IMG/VR virus record: IMGVR_UViG_3300028591_000073
Coordinates: 192,001-256,000 of that record
Length of the DNA stretch: 64,000 bases
Source: a virus
Taxonomy: Duplodnaviria; Caudoviricetes
Reading direction: 5' to 3' (one strand)
A program made the position numbers and the translations under genes. Under the pieces are notes generated by a model. That model searched no databases. It was not told the origin of the DNA and was given only the letters and a program-made list of their open reading frames with translations. Shown here piece by piece: positions 8,458 through 19,801 of this stretch. How positions within the stretch are numbered: the first letter of the stretch is position 1; each line of letters starts with the position of its first letter.

Positions 8458-11400
8458 TCATTTTATCGTATCCCATGTAGATGTTTCAGAATTGAATGCA
8501 TGGAATTTGATTCCCGTATCTGCACGATCTTCCATAATGATTGTACGAGCAGATTCATCATACCCCGTCTCTTCATTGTAGATTCGGTCAATTGTGCTAA
8601 TGCTTGTGGAATGGATCAACTGCATTTGAATGGGGATATGACGTGTATTTGTTTCATCATTCTCAAAGATGAAACCATGTACTCGTGGGAATACACAGGT
8701 CCAGTTGCCAGTTGGTAATACATCGATTTCATCCTTTAATGTACCTCGACTGAGTATCAGTTTGAAGTCTTCATCCAAATATACATGTTCACCAGAAGTG
8801 TCTTCCTCATGATAGATGGAGTTTGTATAGATATCATAATCCAATATCAATTCACCAAGTGTATTTTTTGTAAACAAAGAAGGTGTCTCAGCACGGTTGT
8901 CGGAATAGATGTCGATATCAGCCCAATCATTCTGAATACGTTCGATATAGAAAGATTGTCTTTCTTGGTCGATATGGTACTTCTCATGGAATGTAGATGT
9001 TGGATCGAATACCCACATCATAGGTCCTACATTCGGAACATCCCAAACAATTGTAGTATTGGCATTGGAATTAGTATACTTTTCATACTTTAACGAATTC
9101 TGAGGTAGTAATGACCAATCATCTCCAGCAACTAAATTATTGAATCCACGTGCAATGATCAAGCATTCAAATTCTGTATTTGTCACATTCTTTGGTTCTG
9201 TCCATTTAAATGCCAAATAACAATCAGATTGCAAAACATCATTATCTTTCAATACTTCCCAAACATTATCCGTGATTCTTTCAATTGGCTTTGTTACTTC
9301 TTCTCCATTCATAGTTGTTGTCTCAGTTTCACGTTTTTCAACGTTGTAACGAAGCATACCATTCCCAGCTCCTAATTTACTATGAGAACGGAATTTACAC
9401 AAATCAATCTCATGTAATTTGTTAGTGGTTGATCCAATATCATCCACTTCAATTGGTGTTGATTTTGTATCGATGATATGCACAAATGATGGTGTGGATA
9501 AGGTATCCAACCAAACTGGAAGATTGTGATCTTCATATAAAATACTCATCACAGATATCCGACGAGGAAGCATCATGGATGTGACAGCATCATATGTGGT
9601 CTGATGATATTGATCAGATGTGCCTCCTTGGAATTCGGCAAGCTGTGTATCAGAAACCCATTTCTCTTCATCAGTATCATACAAATATAACCACAAACCA
9701 TCATCCAATTTCACCAATGCAAATAAGTCTGTAAATAAATCGCCATATGTTGGAATATAATCCATCAGATTCTTCAAATGTAATGTACATTTAAATCCAG
9801 TACCATTTCCAATTGCTGGTGAAGTACCATAAGATTTTGTGTATTCACTGATAATCACACCATCACTGTCTGTATGCAAATCGAAGTTGGAAATCGAAAT
9901 GGGATCATATGTCGACTCATCCATAGAACCAACCTTCATTGCAGAAATTGTGAATTCTTTGACTCCTCCACCACTTGTAATGTCTGTTACATTATATTGG
10001 AATGCGAATCCACCAATATAGATATAACCGACATCGCCAAATTGATATCCGGTACCAGCTGCTGTGATTTCACCGGCTTCTACCAAACTTGGATCGATTC
10101 TATTTTCCAAATTCAGTAATTGATGATACATCTTGTCCGATAAATCAAAACTGTTCAATTCAGATAGATTTTCGAATACATATCCTTTACGTGTATATGA
10201 TACGCTTCCAGACTTCTTGGCATCATCATATGCCGTCATCGACATGATTGTGAAATTCTTTTGATAACTTTCGATCGCCTTTTTGAAGTATGTGGCTTTT
10301 GTTTCTTCATCTTCCCATGCTTGGTTGATTTGCAATTCATATTCTTCATCGGATGTATTTTCATCTTGCGGGTTATCTAATTTAAACAAAGCAAATGCTT
10401 TTCTCATTACTTCATCAAATGTCAAAGTTTCTGTAATTGTGGGACGAACCCAATGACTTCCCATTTTGTTATATAAGCGATCTTTATCTTCCGTTGAGAA
10501 ATTCACATCTGTTCTGACATAGTTTGGATCAACAACAGACACTGGTGCAATACCAGAGATGCCAGTTAATTGTACAATCGATGTAGGAATATCACAGATA
10601 CGAGCAACGGTTCTGTCTGGCTTTGGATATTTGGAAGTGCGATTATTTTCATATTCTGCGTCATCATTGCTGAGATAATAGACACGACCAACATCCGATA
10701 TTTCAGATAAAGGATATAAATCAAATTGCAACCCAGTATCAATTGATTCGCCTGGCGTATGTCCAGAACCATAATCCGCATCATAAATTGTTTTGACAAT
10801 ATGCCAATATCCTTGTTCGGGGACATCATTGATTGTCAAATCTTGATATGGTGCAAAATCCAGTAACCTAAAGAATCGAACACGTCCAGATGCATCAATT
10901 CCTTTGTCTTTATAGATACTTGGTGAATAGATACGGCAAATGGTACGGTCTTGGTCATCGATACATGTTAATGGTGAATCTGGATACAGCTCCGGGTCAC
11001 CACTATCTTGAACGATAACACCAAATTTACAATCAATAGAACGGTACATGTTCCCACCATAACCATCATATTCAATCCAATATTCATACGCATATGTCAA
11101 ACGTTTCTTGCATTCATAAACATAAATGTCTTCATCTGTAATGGGGTTGTCAATATCGAATTCTATTGTTGTACCAGTTGTTGGATCGGTATATTCACCA
11201 ACAATATTCATGTTCGCTATCAATTCCGTATTATTCTGATATTTTGCAAATGGATAGGAATATAAGAAGCTATCAATCATTGTTTCACCATATGTTTTTG
11301 GCATATACAATTCACGTTCATCGGTGGTTAATCTCATCCATTCTAATTTCATTCTCGCAATATATGCAGACTTTGTTTCTCCTGATTCTTGTGGATGTGC

Positions 11401-13017
11401 TTCTTTATATGCTTCCAGACCTTTTTCTTGTCTGGTGCTTGCATACGTATTGAAATTTCTTCTGACATATTCTAAAAATACAACGCCCAACGGAATACCC
11501 TGATATTCTGCATCCATAGGCACTTCCATATTGGATATACATTCGGTGTAGAAATCATATTGAATATCGGGATTTTTACCAAGGTCGAATAATAGCGCTG
11601 CTGTTTGACGTGAGCCAGGAACCAGTGGATCGTAATTAGGTGCATTATGCAATGCATAAACTGCCATAAATTCACGAATACGATTTTCATCCATATCATT
11701 TAGCCATTGTGGTAAACCATCCCAAGTGTTCAATAGATATGGATAATATTGATAAGTGTCCGAATAGGGATTTCCAGAACTCATTTGAATACCGGTATAA
11801 CCGATATCTTTTGTGATGTGTACATTCTGCACAGTGTCAGAATAATATTGAATGTCCAATATTGGAATTAATGGATTATTTCCCAAAGCCATGCAGTTTT
11901 GATCGAAAACACTCATTTTGATTCGATATGTTCCCTCATCCACATATTCCCATTCTTCATTTGGATGCATGGTTAATACACTATGTGCGGTAGAAATGAG
12001 ATAGTCATAATCATCGATCTTAACCGTAAAATTCAAAGACTTGGAAAAGTCTGCATTGGTATGATTAAATGTACCAGAGCTAATTGTGACGATGAAATAC
12101 GATTCAGAAGTTGGTCCGTCTTCTGGTGTTGCATCTTGATTACCATCGGCACCAACGTATACTCTTGCGGAATATACATCAGAAGTTCCTTCGTTTCCGA
12201 AACACATTAATTGTGTTCCATTTACACTTCTGAATTTTGCATTAAGAATTCTTGGACCTTGTGAAAGCAATGTGGAATTGGCATCAAACCAGAATAATGG
12301 ATATCCAATAAATTGATTATCCGTCACACCAAGTGTATGATAAGATCCATTTCCTTCATACTCCAATGGAAGTGTTTGTAATGCGGATGCCAATGGATAA
12401 TAGTAATACACATTTCCCGTCGCGATCATGGAAGTTGTGGTTCCATCTTCCATACCAATCTGAATCGATTCAGAATAAGTCTGTGTGTCTTCATTCAATA
12501 ATTCTACATATGCTTTTTTTGTACGGAGCCATTTTGTGGCAAACACATCATCTGTTGAAGTACTACCGGCAAATGGAAGAATAACGGTTTCACAATCTTC
12601 AAATCGAATGCGATAATGTTTCGTTTTCGGTAAATCATCTGTCAAGGTATCATCTTCTGAAAAATCATCGGCATTTATATTTGTCGGATAATTAATAGAT
12701 GTGATACGTACAAAACAAAATCCAGCCACGTCACAACAATATGTGAATGCTGATGGTTCTAATGAAAAAATATATTCCAAATGATTTGTCAAAGAAATGG
12801 AATTCAAATCACCATATACCTTTTCCTGTTTTTCTGATTCCACAATAATGTCGGAACCCTTGTTATCAATTTGACCAATATATTGATCCCGCGTGACGGG
12901 ATCAATTAATGTCTTCTTTTTATCTGTTTTTAATAACCAATGTTTGCGTTCTTGCTCTGTAATTAACGCCAAACTGTTATAACCTAGATACCAATGAATC
13001 TTATGAATCATCTTCAT
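8458..13017 (-). CDS. large virion structural protein (tail/baseplate fibre-like), 1519 aa
   Basis: Acidic, beta-rich; GTGYQFGD-type motif; shares GRVYYLSND...RTVARICDIPT block with the adjacent gene. Confidence 0.6.
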   Translation of the reverse strand: MKMIHKIHWYLGYNSLALITEQERKHWLLKTDKKKTLIDPVTRDQYIGQIDNKGSDIIVESEKQEKVYGDLNSISLTNHLEYIFSLEPSAFTYCCDVAGFCFVRITSINYPTNINADDFSEDDTLTDDLPKTKHYRIRFEDCETVILPFAGSTSTDDVFATKWLRTKKAYVELLNEDTQTYSESIQIGMEDGTTTSMIATGNVYYYYPLASALQTLPLEYEGNGSYHTLGVTDNQFIGYPLFWFDANSTLLSQGPRILNAKFRSVNGTQLMCFGNEGTSDVYSARVYVGADGNQDATPEDGPTSESYFIVTISSGTFNHTNADFSKSLNFTVKIDDYDYLISTAHSVLTMHPNEEWEYVDEGTYRIKMSVFDQNCMALGNNPLIPILDIQYYSDTVQNVHITKDIGYTGIQMSSGNPYSDTYQYYPYLLNTWDGLPQWLNDMDENRIREFMAVYALHNAPNYDPLVPGSRQTAALLFDLGKNPDIQYDFYTECISNMEVPMDAEYQGIPLGVVFLEYVRRNFNTYASTRQEKGLEAYKEAHPQESGETKSAYIARMKLEWMRLTTDERELYMPKTYGETMIDSFLYSYPFAKYQNNTELIANMNIVGEYTDPTTGTTIEFDIDNPITDEDIYVYECKKRLTYAYEYWIEYDGYGGNMYRSIDCKFGVIVQDSGDPELYPDSPLTCIDDQDRTICRIYSPSIYKDKGIDASGRVRFFRLLDFAPYQDLTINDVPEQGYWHIVKTIYDADYGSGHTPGESIDTGLQFDLYPLSEISDVGRVYYLSNDDAEYENNRTSKYPKPDRTVARICDIPTSIVQLTGISGIAPVSVVDPNYVRTDVNFSTEDKDRLYNKMGSHWVRPTITETLTFDEVMRKAFALFKLDNPQDENTSDEEYELQINQAWEDEETKATYFKKAIESYQKNFTIMSMTAYDDAKKSGSVSYTRKGYVFENLSELNSFDLSDKMYHQLLNLENRIDPSLVEAGEITAAGTGYQFGDVGYIYIGGFAFQYNVTDITSGGGVKEFTISAMKVGSMDESTYDPISISNFDLHTDSDGVIISEYTKSYGTSPAIGNGTGFKCTLHLKNLMDYIPTYGDLFTDLFALVKLDDGLWLYLYDTDEEKWVSDTQLAEFQGGTSDQYHQTTYDAVTSMMLPRRISVMSILYEDHNLPVWLDTLSTPSFVHIIDTKSTPIEVDDIGSTTNKLHEIDLCKFRSHSKLGAGNGMLRYNVEKRETETTTMNGEEVTKPIERITDNVWEVLKDNDVLQSDCYLAFKWTEPKNVTNTEFECLIIARGFNNLVAGDDWSLLPQNSLKYEKYTNSNANTTIVWDVPNVGPMMWVFDPTSTFHEKYHIDQERQSFYIERIQNDWADIDIYSDNRAETPSLFTKNTLGELILDYDIYTNSIYHEEDTSGEHVYLDEDFKLILSRGTLKDEIDVLPTGNWTCVFPRVHGFIFENDETNTRHIPIQMQLIHSTSISTIDRIYNEETGYDESARTIIMEDRADTGIKFHAFNSETSTWDTIK

Positions 13018-16000
13018 CAGTCTCCTTTCCTGATACTAATTTCCATCGATCAATGGATTCGTTATAATAATATAGCCTCTTCCGATGTAATAAGATGCAA
13101 TATTTGGAAATATCTTCCATCGTCACATCATCCTTCATATGAAATCCTTGTAAAGTTGCATCATCTGGCAACTTGAAAAAGAATAGTAATTCAGAATCAT
13201 ACACGCCACCTCGACCAGTTCGATATGCTGAAGGATATTGACGAATGGAGATATTGTGCATCGCACCTGTTGGCTGTTCCGTTAATGGTTGATAACGGCG
13301 GTTTTGTGTTCGTAGCACAACATCATCCGCATTACCCAATTTTTGTAATGGTAATTTGTCATCATCTACATTGGGGTGATATGGGTGTTTTGGTTGGTCT
13401 ATCGTGCATTCTTCATAACCAATATACTTCCAAACATCCACATCCAATATCACACTACCGCTAATTTCTGTCCATAACTGTAACCCAGCGGATATTTGTG
13501 GAAAGTCTACATATAATACCTGATAATGATCTGTGGTTTGTGATATATTATATGTCACTTCCATCGTATTCTCATATGTTGTGGACTTTGGATTGAATAC
13601 ATAAACAATCGGTTGCATGTTTTTGTGATTTCGTATTTTACCAGTATTTGCAAATATCAATTGATTGGATAATCCACCTCTACTATGAAGCTTTGCTTTA
13701 TGTGCAACAGGTAATTTGAATTCACGATTGTTATTGATATTGGGATAGATTTGGTAAATGGAAATGTTGCGATGTTCTTCATCACCGACTTCTTTATATG
13801 TGATATAACTTCCTTCATACAAGATGGCATGATGATCGATATATTCCATCACTGCATTTTCATATAATGCTTTTGCTTCACTTGGATAATTGTTCATCAT
13901 CATATCTAATGTTTCATCGATGATTTCGCTTCTTGCAACAGTTGTGATATTAGATACAGCCCATAGATATTGATAAGAAGAACCGAATGTATATTTCGAA
14001 ATGTCCCATTGAAATTTTTGCATCATAATACTGAATAAACCACGATTCTTTCTGGTATCCATATCATCATATGGATTGTCAGTAATCGTATCACCTGTCA
14101 TTTGACAAACCGAAACCCATGATAGTCCTGTCAAGGCCAAATACTTCTCACGCCAATCATCACGGGAATCCCATAAAGATTGGATTCTTGTATCATACGC
14201 TTCATCAGTTTCATCATCATGTTGTCCCAAGTCCAAATCTTCTACCATCAATGCAATGGCTGCTTTTTCATCTTCATGATATTGATATTCGTATAACCAA
14301 ATATTTCCTAACATATCAAATTGAAATGTGAATAGATTCGGAATATGAGAATATCGGATATATTGCTCCATTAATACAGGAGAATCATATGGCCAAACAT
14401 GATCAGCTAAATGGAGATGTAATCGCAAACCTTGACTCTTGGATGCATATTGTGCCTTTTTAATTGTGAAACAATCGATGTAGGAATCTCTGGCATAAAA
14501 ATTCATAACGGGAATTTGTAAATCTGGGGCATCTGGATTATACGCTACAACCTCTGTCACACTGCCTGTTCCATCTACCGTTGCCACAACACCTTTCATG
14601 ATGTGTCCGGCAATATACCCTTGCACGGTATCTCCAACACGATAATCAACACCGCCACTGGCAATCGTCCAATAATAGTCACCATCCAATGCTTCATTCT
14701 TTGCATGAAGCCCATCTGTCATTGTAATCGTCGGATTTAAAATGGATGGTGCAAAATATGTCTCCCGCATGTATTCGTAGGATAATGTATCATCCAATAA
14801 TTCTTCCGCACCAAAGATATATCTGCCATTTTCATCATGAACAATCACACCATTATTGATGATTTGCCATACACGTTCACGATCCAACAAGGTATATGCT
14901 TGCTCGGATCTGGTGTAATATTCATCAATTGTTAAAGTTGGTGCAATACCCTTGATGCTGATGAGCTGTCCCATATCGGTTGGGATATCACAAATACGTG
15001 CAACCGTTCGTTTTGGTTTGCTCGCAATTGCAATTTCATTGTTTTCATAAGAAGCTCCATCATTGCTGAGATAATAAACTCTACCGGTTTCTAATTCTGG
15101 ATCCAATCCCATCACACCTAATGAGAATATACGATTTCCATGATAGATAAATTTCTGACTGTCTTGATATCCCTTCTTGTTGATATCAATAAATGTGTCA
15201 CGGTTGATGTATCCAATATCAGATGCGATATTATTTGCGGTTAGAATCTTATCTTCAATCGTCTTGTATGTTCTCATGTTTGCGTAATCAAAAACAATGG
15301 CTGATTCTGCATCTTCTACAATGTCATTCATTTTGGTTTGTGGAATTGCACTATCGATCAGCATGGCTGCAACATAATTGTTCATCGCAATATTCTGATT
15401 GACATCTGTTCTATCTTTAATGGCGTACATCTCCGTATGAGATCTGGATACGTCCCTCGGTAATTTGTAAGCATAATATGGAGGTAAACCATCGAAGTCT
15501 CCCAAATTAAAAATTGTTCCATTCTTTTTGATGACAGCATGTTGGGAATATTCCGATGAGGTATCTGAATGGATACCAATGGCAACATTATGTCGTGATA
15601 CATCATCATCCGTCAATACATCCATTTGTGGTATTATTTTAAAAATGGGATTCAGCAATGGAGAAGTATTTGTATATCCATATTCCATATATCCATAGAT
15701 GGGATTCTGGTATCTGGTACCATCATAATCCCAGTCACCATCGACAGGTTTCCGGAATTGCCAATGTGAAAATCCCCATATACCATCTTCTACAAATCGA
15801 AGTCTGACATGGTTGTTGTCAAATGTTACTTTCACAACACCACGATGATTATCTACTCCAAATGGATCATCATTTTCATAACCAACAAATTCGATATAAT
15901 CAATCTCTTGTGTTTGATTGGACTCGATATCATTTTTAGTTCCAATATTGAATACATAACGTGGATGTACACGGATTAACCAACGTGTGTTGGTAGATAC

Positions 16001-16855
16001 ACCAGATGCCGGAGTATTGTCTTCTCCATAAGCATATGGAAATAGATAATGTGTTCCATGTCCATCTGTACCAGCTGTCAATATGGGCCAATCTTGATTT
16101 CCGGTATTACCATTGAATCCAATTGTTGGTAACGATCTTAAATTGTCAAACGTCATCCAGATAAACGGCAATTCTTCCATCCATGTTTCAAACGTAACAG
16201 TTTGTAACTCACCTTCAGTTGATATTGTCGAAGTATCTGATGCAATTAACATTTCTTCCAATGTTGCATCTGTGCCAAATGGTGTTGTATTCTCAAACCA
16301 ATATGTGGTGGATGTTGGACTTTCAGATGCAGTATGATATGCAACCAATGGAAAAACGTCATAGTCCTCTGATCCTTCGTATGCTTGTACATGTAAGAAT
16401 GGAGGGGATGTTGTCTTCCATACAACATGTGGATATACTTTATTTTCAGAATCCGACAAGGCTCGTGGTAGTATCACTTTCTTGACATTCGTAAATGTGA
16501 GATACACTTTGCGATTATGAAGAACCCCTTTTTTTAGTATCGCCATGACACAACATTCTTGTTCATAACTGTCTCTGTTGTCCGAATACTTTAATTCAAA
16601 AAATTGTTTAAAAGCATCTTCACTCGTAGAAAGTAACTGAATATCGCCCAGAGGTGGGCGATCTAATTTCAACTTCCTTGTTTCTAATAGTAATTCAGAA
16701 CCCCAGTTTTGTATGTTACTGGAGTATTGTGTTTGATTTGTTGCGGTATATCCAAATGACTTTGGTGTATACCCATTAAACAGTCTCTCATCCATATGTA
16801 ACTTTTGCCTCATGGAGTCTGGAGTAACATTTGGAGTTTGACGAATCACATTCAT
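13001..16855 (-). CDS. large virion structural protein (paralog of 8458..13017), 1284 aa
   Basis: Shared GRVYYLSNDGASYENN...KPKRTVARICDIPT...GIAP block and GGVDYRVGD motif. Confidence 0.6.
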   Translation of the reverse strand: MNVIRQTPNVTPDSMRQKLHMDERLFNGYTPKSFGYTATNQTQYSSNIQNWGSELLLETRKLKLDRPPLGDIQLLSTSEDAFKQFFELKYSDNRDSYEQECCVMAILKKGVLHNRKVYLTFTNVKKVILPRALSDSENKVYPHVVWKTTSPPFLHVQAYEGSEDYDVFPLVAYHTASESPTSTTYWFENTTPFGTDATLEEMLIASDTSTISTEGELQTVTFETWMEELPFIWMTFDNLRSLPTIGFNGNTGNQDWPILTAGTDGHGTHYLFPYAYGEDNTPASGVSTNTRWLIRVHPRYVFNIGTKNDIESNQTQEIDYIEFVGYENDDPFGVDNHRGVVKVTFDNNHVRLRFVEDGIWGFSHWQFRKPVDGDWDYDGTRYQNPIYGYMEYGYTNTSPLLNPIFKIIPQMDVLTDDDVSRHNVAIGIHSDTSSEYSQHAVIKKNGTIFNLGDFDGLPPYYAYKLPRDVSRSHTEMYAIKDRTDVNQNIAMNNYVAAMLIDSAIPQTKMNDIVEDAESAIVFDYANMRTYKTIEDKILTANNIASDIGYINRDTFIDINKKGYQDSQKFIYHGNRIFSLGVMGLDPELETGRVYYLSNDGASYENNEIAIASKPKRTVARICDIPTDMGQLISIKGIAPTLTIDEYYTRSEQAYTLLDRERVWQIINNGVIVHDENGRYIFGAEELLDDTLSYEYMRETYFAPSILNPTITMTDGLHAKNEALDGDYYWTIASGGVDYRVGDTVQGYIAGHIMKGVVATVDGTGSVTEVVAYNPDAPDLQIPVMNFYARDSYIDCFTIKKAQYASKSQGLRLHLHLADHVWPYDSPVLMEQYIRYSHIPNLFTFQFDMLGNIWLYEYQYHEDEKAAIALMVEDLDLGQHDDETDEAYDTRIQSLWDSRDDWREKYLALTGLSWVSVCQMTGDTITDNPYDDMDTRKNRGLFSIMMQKFQWDISKYTFGSSYQYLWAVSNITTVARSEIIDETLDMMMNNYPSEAKALYENAVMEYIDHHAILYEGSYITYKEVGDEEHRNISIYQIYPNINNNREFKLPVAHKAKLHSRGGLSNQLIFANTGKIRNHKNMQPIVYVFNPKSTTYENTMEVTYNISQTTDHYQVLYVDFPQISAGLQLWTEISGSVILDVDVWKYIGYEECTIDQPKHPYHPNVDDDKLPLQKLGNADDVVLRTQNRRYQPLTEQPTGAMHNISIRQYPSAYRTGRGGVYDSELLFFFKLPDDATLQGFHMKDDVTMEDISKYCILLHRKRLYYYNESIDRWKLVSGKETDEDDS

Positions 16856-16958
16856 ACGATCACCTTATTTCTTATTTTGATAAACATATAATTGACATGA
16901 CGATGTACCAGACGATACTTCGTTAATTTATTCTACTATTTATAAGGAGGAAAAAATT

Positions 16959-18590
16959 ATGCTCGATTATTGTATCTCGAACATGGAAAACCCGCTGGAA
17001 CACATCACGGTTGACATGGGTGAAGACAGACCTCTTGTGGACTTTGTTATTAAAGCCATTAGTGGTTTACAAATCATCAATCAACTGCGACTGTATCCAA
17101 TCGAAGGTGCGGATAATGCACCATTCGTTGCAATTGGAAATTGGCATTGGAATCCCCATCCCTTGTCAGGGGATATTCAAACCAAACGTCGTGAAACAGG
17201 AACAAAGCTGAAGACAAAGAATATCTCCGACAACCGTATTGGTGTATTGGATTTTGATGTGTATGTGGAAGCACGTGACAAGAATAAGAATCTTGTATCA
17301 CAAGTCATTCACAACACACTTCACATTCCGATTGCTGATGAAAAAGGTAGATATTATTTGGACAATCTTCGTTATTCCGAATATCAGCTTGTAGACAAAT
17401 TATTGTATCCTGGTGGAAAAAATACCTTCACCATCAAGTCTCTACTGCCGGTTGTCATTCGCTATGAAGATGCAACAGCCGTATCCATGGATGGAATGAT
17501 TGTTACAGCCAAGGTTGGTATGGTGAAAATCTTCACTACGATGGAACCGATTCTGTCTTGTTTCATGCATGTGCCGGCGGTACTGAGTTATTTGGAGGTC
17601 TTCCCAATCTTACAGTTCTGCGACCATGTCTATGAAGATAAAAATGACTTCGAATACTTCAAACCTTTGGAAGATGTCGACATCTATATCAAGGCATACA
17701 AGAAAGGCTTGAATAAGTTCGAATATGTCAGAACCATTTTGGTGATGGCAATCCAGCTCATCCAGTCATATCATCCAAATAATATCGATGAACTGAGAAA
17801 TCCACAATGGTGGGTATATCAGTTAAGTTATTATGATGGAATGGTGGAACATCGTGGTGCTTGTCATCAGATGCATGTGGCAAGAATGTTGGATACTATC
17901 AGTGCTCAGGTATTACCCATTCCTGAGATTGATAAACGTATCATGATTTCATTGTTGAAATATGTACTCCAAACAGAATTTGATGATATGAACTTCTTCT
18001 CATTTGAGAATAAGCGTCTCAGAAGAAATGAGGTTATCAGTACAATTATCACAGCAATGGTATCTGATAAACTGAAACAGATGTTCCGTTATGGTGCATT
18101 GGCGATGATGTCTGATATCGAAGGTTGTTTCAAGTTCTCACCTGATTGCATCTTGAGAAAGATGTATGAACTTGGCACGGTTCATTCCATCGACTTTGCC
18201 AATGATTTAGATTACCCTCACTTGTTATCATATACAAGGAAGGGTCCAAATTCGCTTGGCCGTTTAGATAGGCATAAGATTGGTTTCATCCACAAACAAA
18301 TGAACCCATCCATGATTGGAAAGGTTGACTTCATCGAATCCTCGAAAGATGTTGGTCAGTCTGGTACAATCTCACCATATGCCGATGTATCCGTATTCTC
18401 AGATGTGAACGTTAATAAGTATCCGAATATTAAGTTTGATTTATACAAGTTCATTGAGAAGGAATTCCCCAACAGAGCCCTCAGATTTGATGCAAACAAT
18501 ATTGCGGAATATAACCAGATTCTGGATAAGATGGTGATGTCGGTATATATGGATATGGATTATCATATCAAACCAAAGGAGGCAGTATAA
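16959..18590 (+). CDS. rpoB: phage multisubunit RNA polymerase beta-like subunit, N-terminal part (probably non-virion RNAP)
   Basis: YQLVDK, ENKRLRRNE, KGPNSLG, and MNPSMIGKVD...SSKDVGQSG (beta fork-loop region); split-beta layout as in phiKZ/AR9. Confidence 0.8.
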   Translation: MLDYCISNMENPLEHITVDMGEDRPLVDFVIKAISGLQIINQLRLYPIEGADNAPFVAIGNWHWNPHPLSGDIQTKRRETGTKLKTKNISDNRIGVLDFDVYVEARDKNKNLVSQVIHNTLHIPIADEKGRYYLDNLRYSEYQLVDKLLYPGGKNTFTIKSLLPVVIRYEDATAVSMDGMIVTAKVGMVKIFTTMEPILSCFMHVPAVLSYLEVFPILQFCDHVYEDKNDFEYFKPLEDVDIYIKAYKKGLNKFEYVRTILVMAIQLIQSYHPNNIDELRNPQWWVYQLSYYDGMVEHRGACHQMHVARMLDTISAQVLPIPEIDKRIMISLLKYVLQTEFDDMNFFSFENKRLRRNEVISTIITAMVSDKLKQMFRYGALAMMSDIEGCFKFSPDCILRKMYELGTVHSIDFANDLDYPHLLSYTRKGPNSLGRLDRHKIGFIHKQMNPSMIGKVDFIESSKDVGQSGTISPYADVSVFSDVNVNKYPNIKFDLYKFIEKEFPNRALRFDANNIAEYNQILDKMVMSVYMDMDYHIKPKEAV

Positions 18591-19120
18591 TGGATAAGAT
18601 AACTCACACGATGTATCGTTGTTCTGTCAATAAACAAATCAAAGTGGAGTATCAATTCCAAAAGAAAACCGATGGCAAATTTAGTACCATTCGTGAATTC
18701 AAGAATAACATGTATATTGAACCTTCTTTCTCGTTAACAATTGGGGAGCCATATGGCTCCCCTAATCGTATATTCATTGTTAGCAAAGATTATTGGCAAT
18801 TTGTCATGTTATTGGAAAAGAGTGTCAGATTGATTCAAGAACATGTGTTAGAATTGTTTCCCGATTTGTCATCCAATGAATTTGAGATTGATTCCCGGGT
18901 TTTAGAACGATTCTCAACTGAAAAAGCAATGCATATTAATGGAATGACCATTCTCCCGTGTACATGGTCAAATGATGTAAATGAAACATTTCCGGCTATC
19001 TTAGTGAATACCATACATGGTAGCTGTCGCATTCCATTAGAAGATGCTATGGTTATCTCAAAGATGTTATCCACATTTGACCCGATTACTTTCGGATTGT
19101 TGATGATGAACATGTTTTAA
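18590..19120 (+). CDS. hypothetical protein, translationally coupled to the RNAP subunit
   Basis: TAATG overlap, RBS AGGAGG, 176 aa. Confidence 0.75.
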   Translation: MDKITHTMYRCSVNKQIKVEYQFQKKTDGKFSTIREFKNNMYIEPSFSLTIGEPYGSPNRIFIVSKDYWQFVMLLEKSVRLIQEHVLELFPDLSSNEFEIDSRVLERFSTEKAMHINGMTILPCTWSNDVNETFPAILVNTIHGSCRIPLEDAMVISKMLSTFDPITFGLLMMNMF

Positions 19121-19125
19121 TATGT

Positions 19126-19156
19126 ACGGGGCCATATGGCCCCGTGTTATTTTTTT
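19126..19156 (+). terminator. intrinsic terminator (CATATG palindrome)
   Basis: ACGGGGCCATATGGCCCCGT followed by a T-run. Confidence 0.75.
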
Positions 19157-19161
19157 GATCT

Positions 19162-19187
19162 TATATCTATATATAATTAATATGATA
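19162..19187 (+). promoter_or_regulatory. putative early promoter motif, copy 3
   Basis: TATATCTATATATAATTAATATGATA. Confidence 0.7.
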
Positions 19188-19232
19188 ATATCATATGAAA
19201 AATAAAATAATAATTTGAAAGGAGGATTTCAT

Positions 19233-19757
19233 ATGACAATTTATCAGCTGAAACAATTAGGTTATCATAACCTGAGCTCAAAATCCATGAGCTCGAATAT
19301 GGTAAATGTTTGTAATCAATATGGAATTACCATAATGATTGCAAAACGTAAAGACCTGCGTGCAGCAGGTATCGATGTGCAACACGACCAGAATCACCAG
19401 GTCGCTGCTGCAAACATCGAGGATCGTTTAATCGTCCTTAACCAGGACGGTTTGAACGATCTTGGTCTGCGTCTTCATGAGGCGTGGGCAGTGATATGGC
19501 ATGAGATCGGCCACATCGTTCTTCACACAGAAAATGAACAGGAAGCCGATCTCTATGCCATCAAAAATCTTAAGGCCGAACTCGGAAACGAGGAAGGCAT
19601 CAATGCATACTTTGGTGATATTTGTAAGACGTACATCTATCATATGATGCGGCGTCACAAGGAATCATCTAAATATGCATTTAGATTGAAACATCAGAAA
19701 GCCAATTACAAAAGATTCTTGGACGAAGTTCCAATCCCGAGTAATTGTGATTTCTGA
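19233..19757 (+). CDS. zincin-type metallopeptidase-like protein (ImmA/IrrE-like)
   Basis: WHEIGH (HEXXH) followed by EQEADLYA. Confidence 0.65.
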   Translation: MTIYQLKQLGYHNLSSKSMSSNMVNVCNQYGITIMIAKRKDLRAAGIDVQHDQNHQVAAANIEDRLIVLNQDGLNDLGLRLHEAWAVIWHEIGHIVLHTENEQEADLYAIKNLKAELGNEEGINAYFGDICKTYIYHMMRRHKESSKYAFRLKHQKANYKRFLDEVPIPSNCDF

Positions 19758-19765
19758 AAATAGAG

Positions 19766-19800
19766 AACAACTCCTTCCATTCGGGAGTTGTTTTTCTTGT
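19766..19800 (+). terminator. intrinsic terminator, repeated at 39720-39752 (- strand)
   Basis: AACAACTCC-TTCCATTCG-GGAGTTGTT + TTTCTTGT. Confidence 0.8.
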
Positions 19801-19801
19801 G

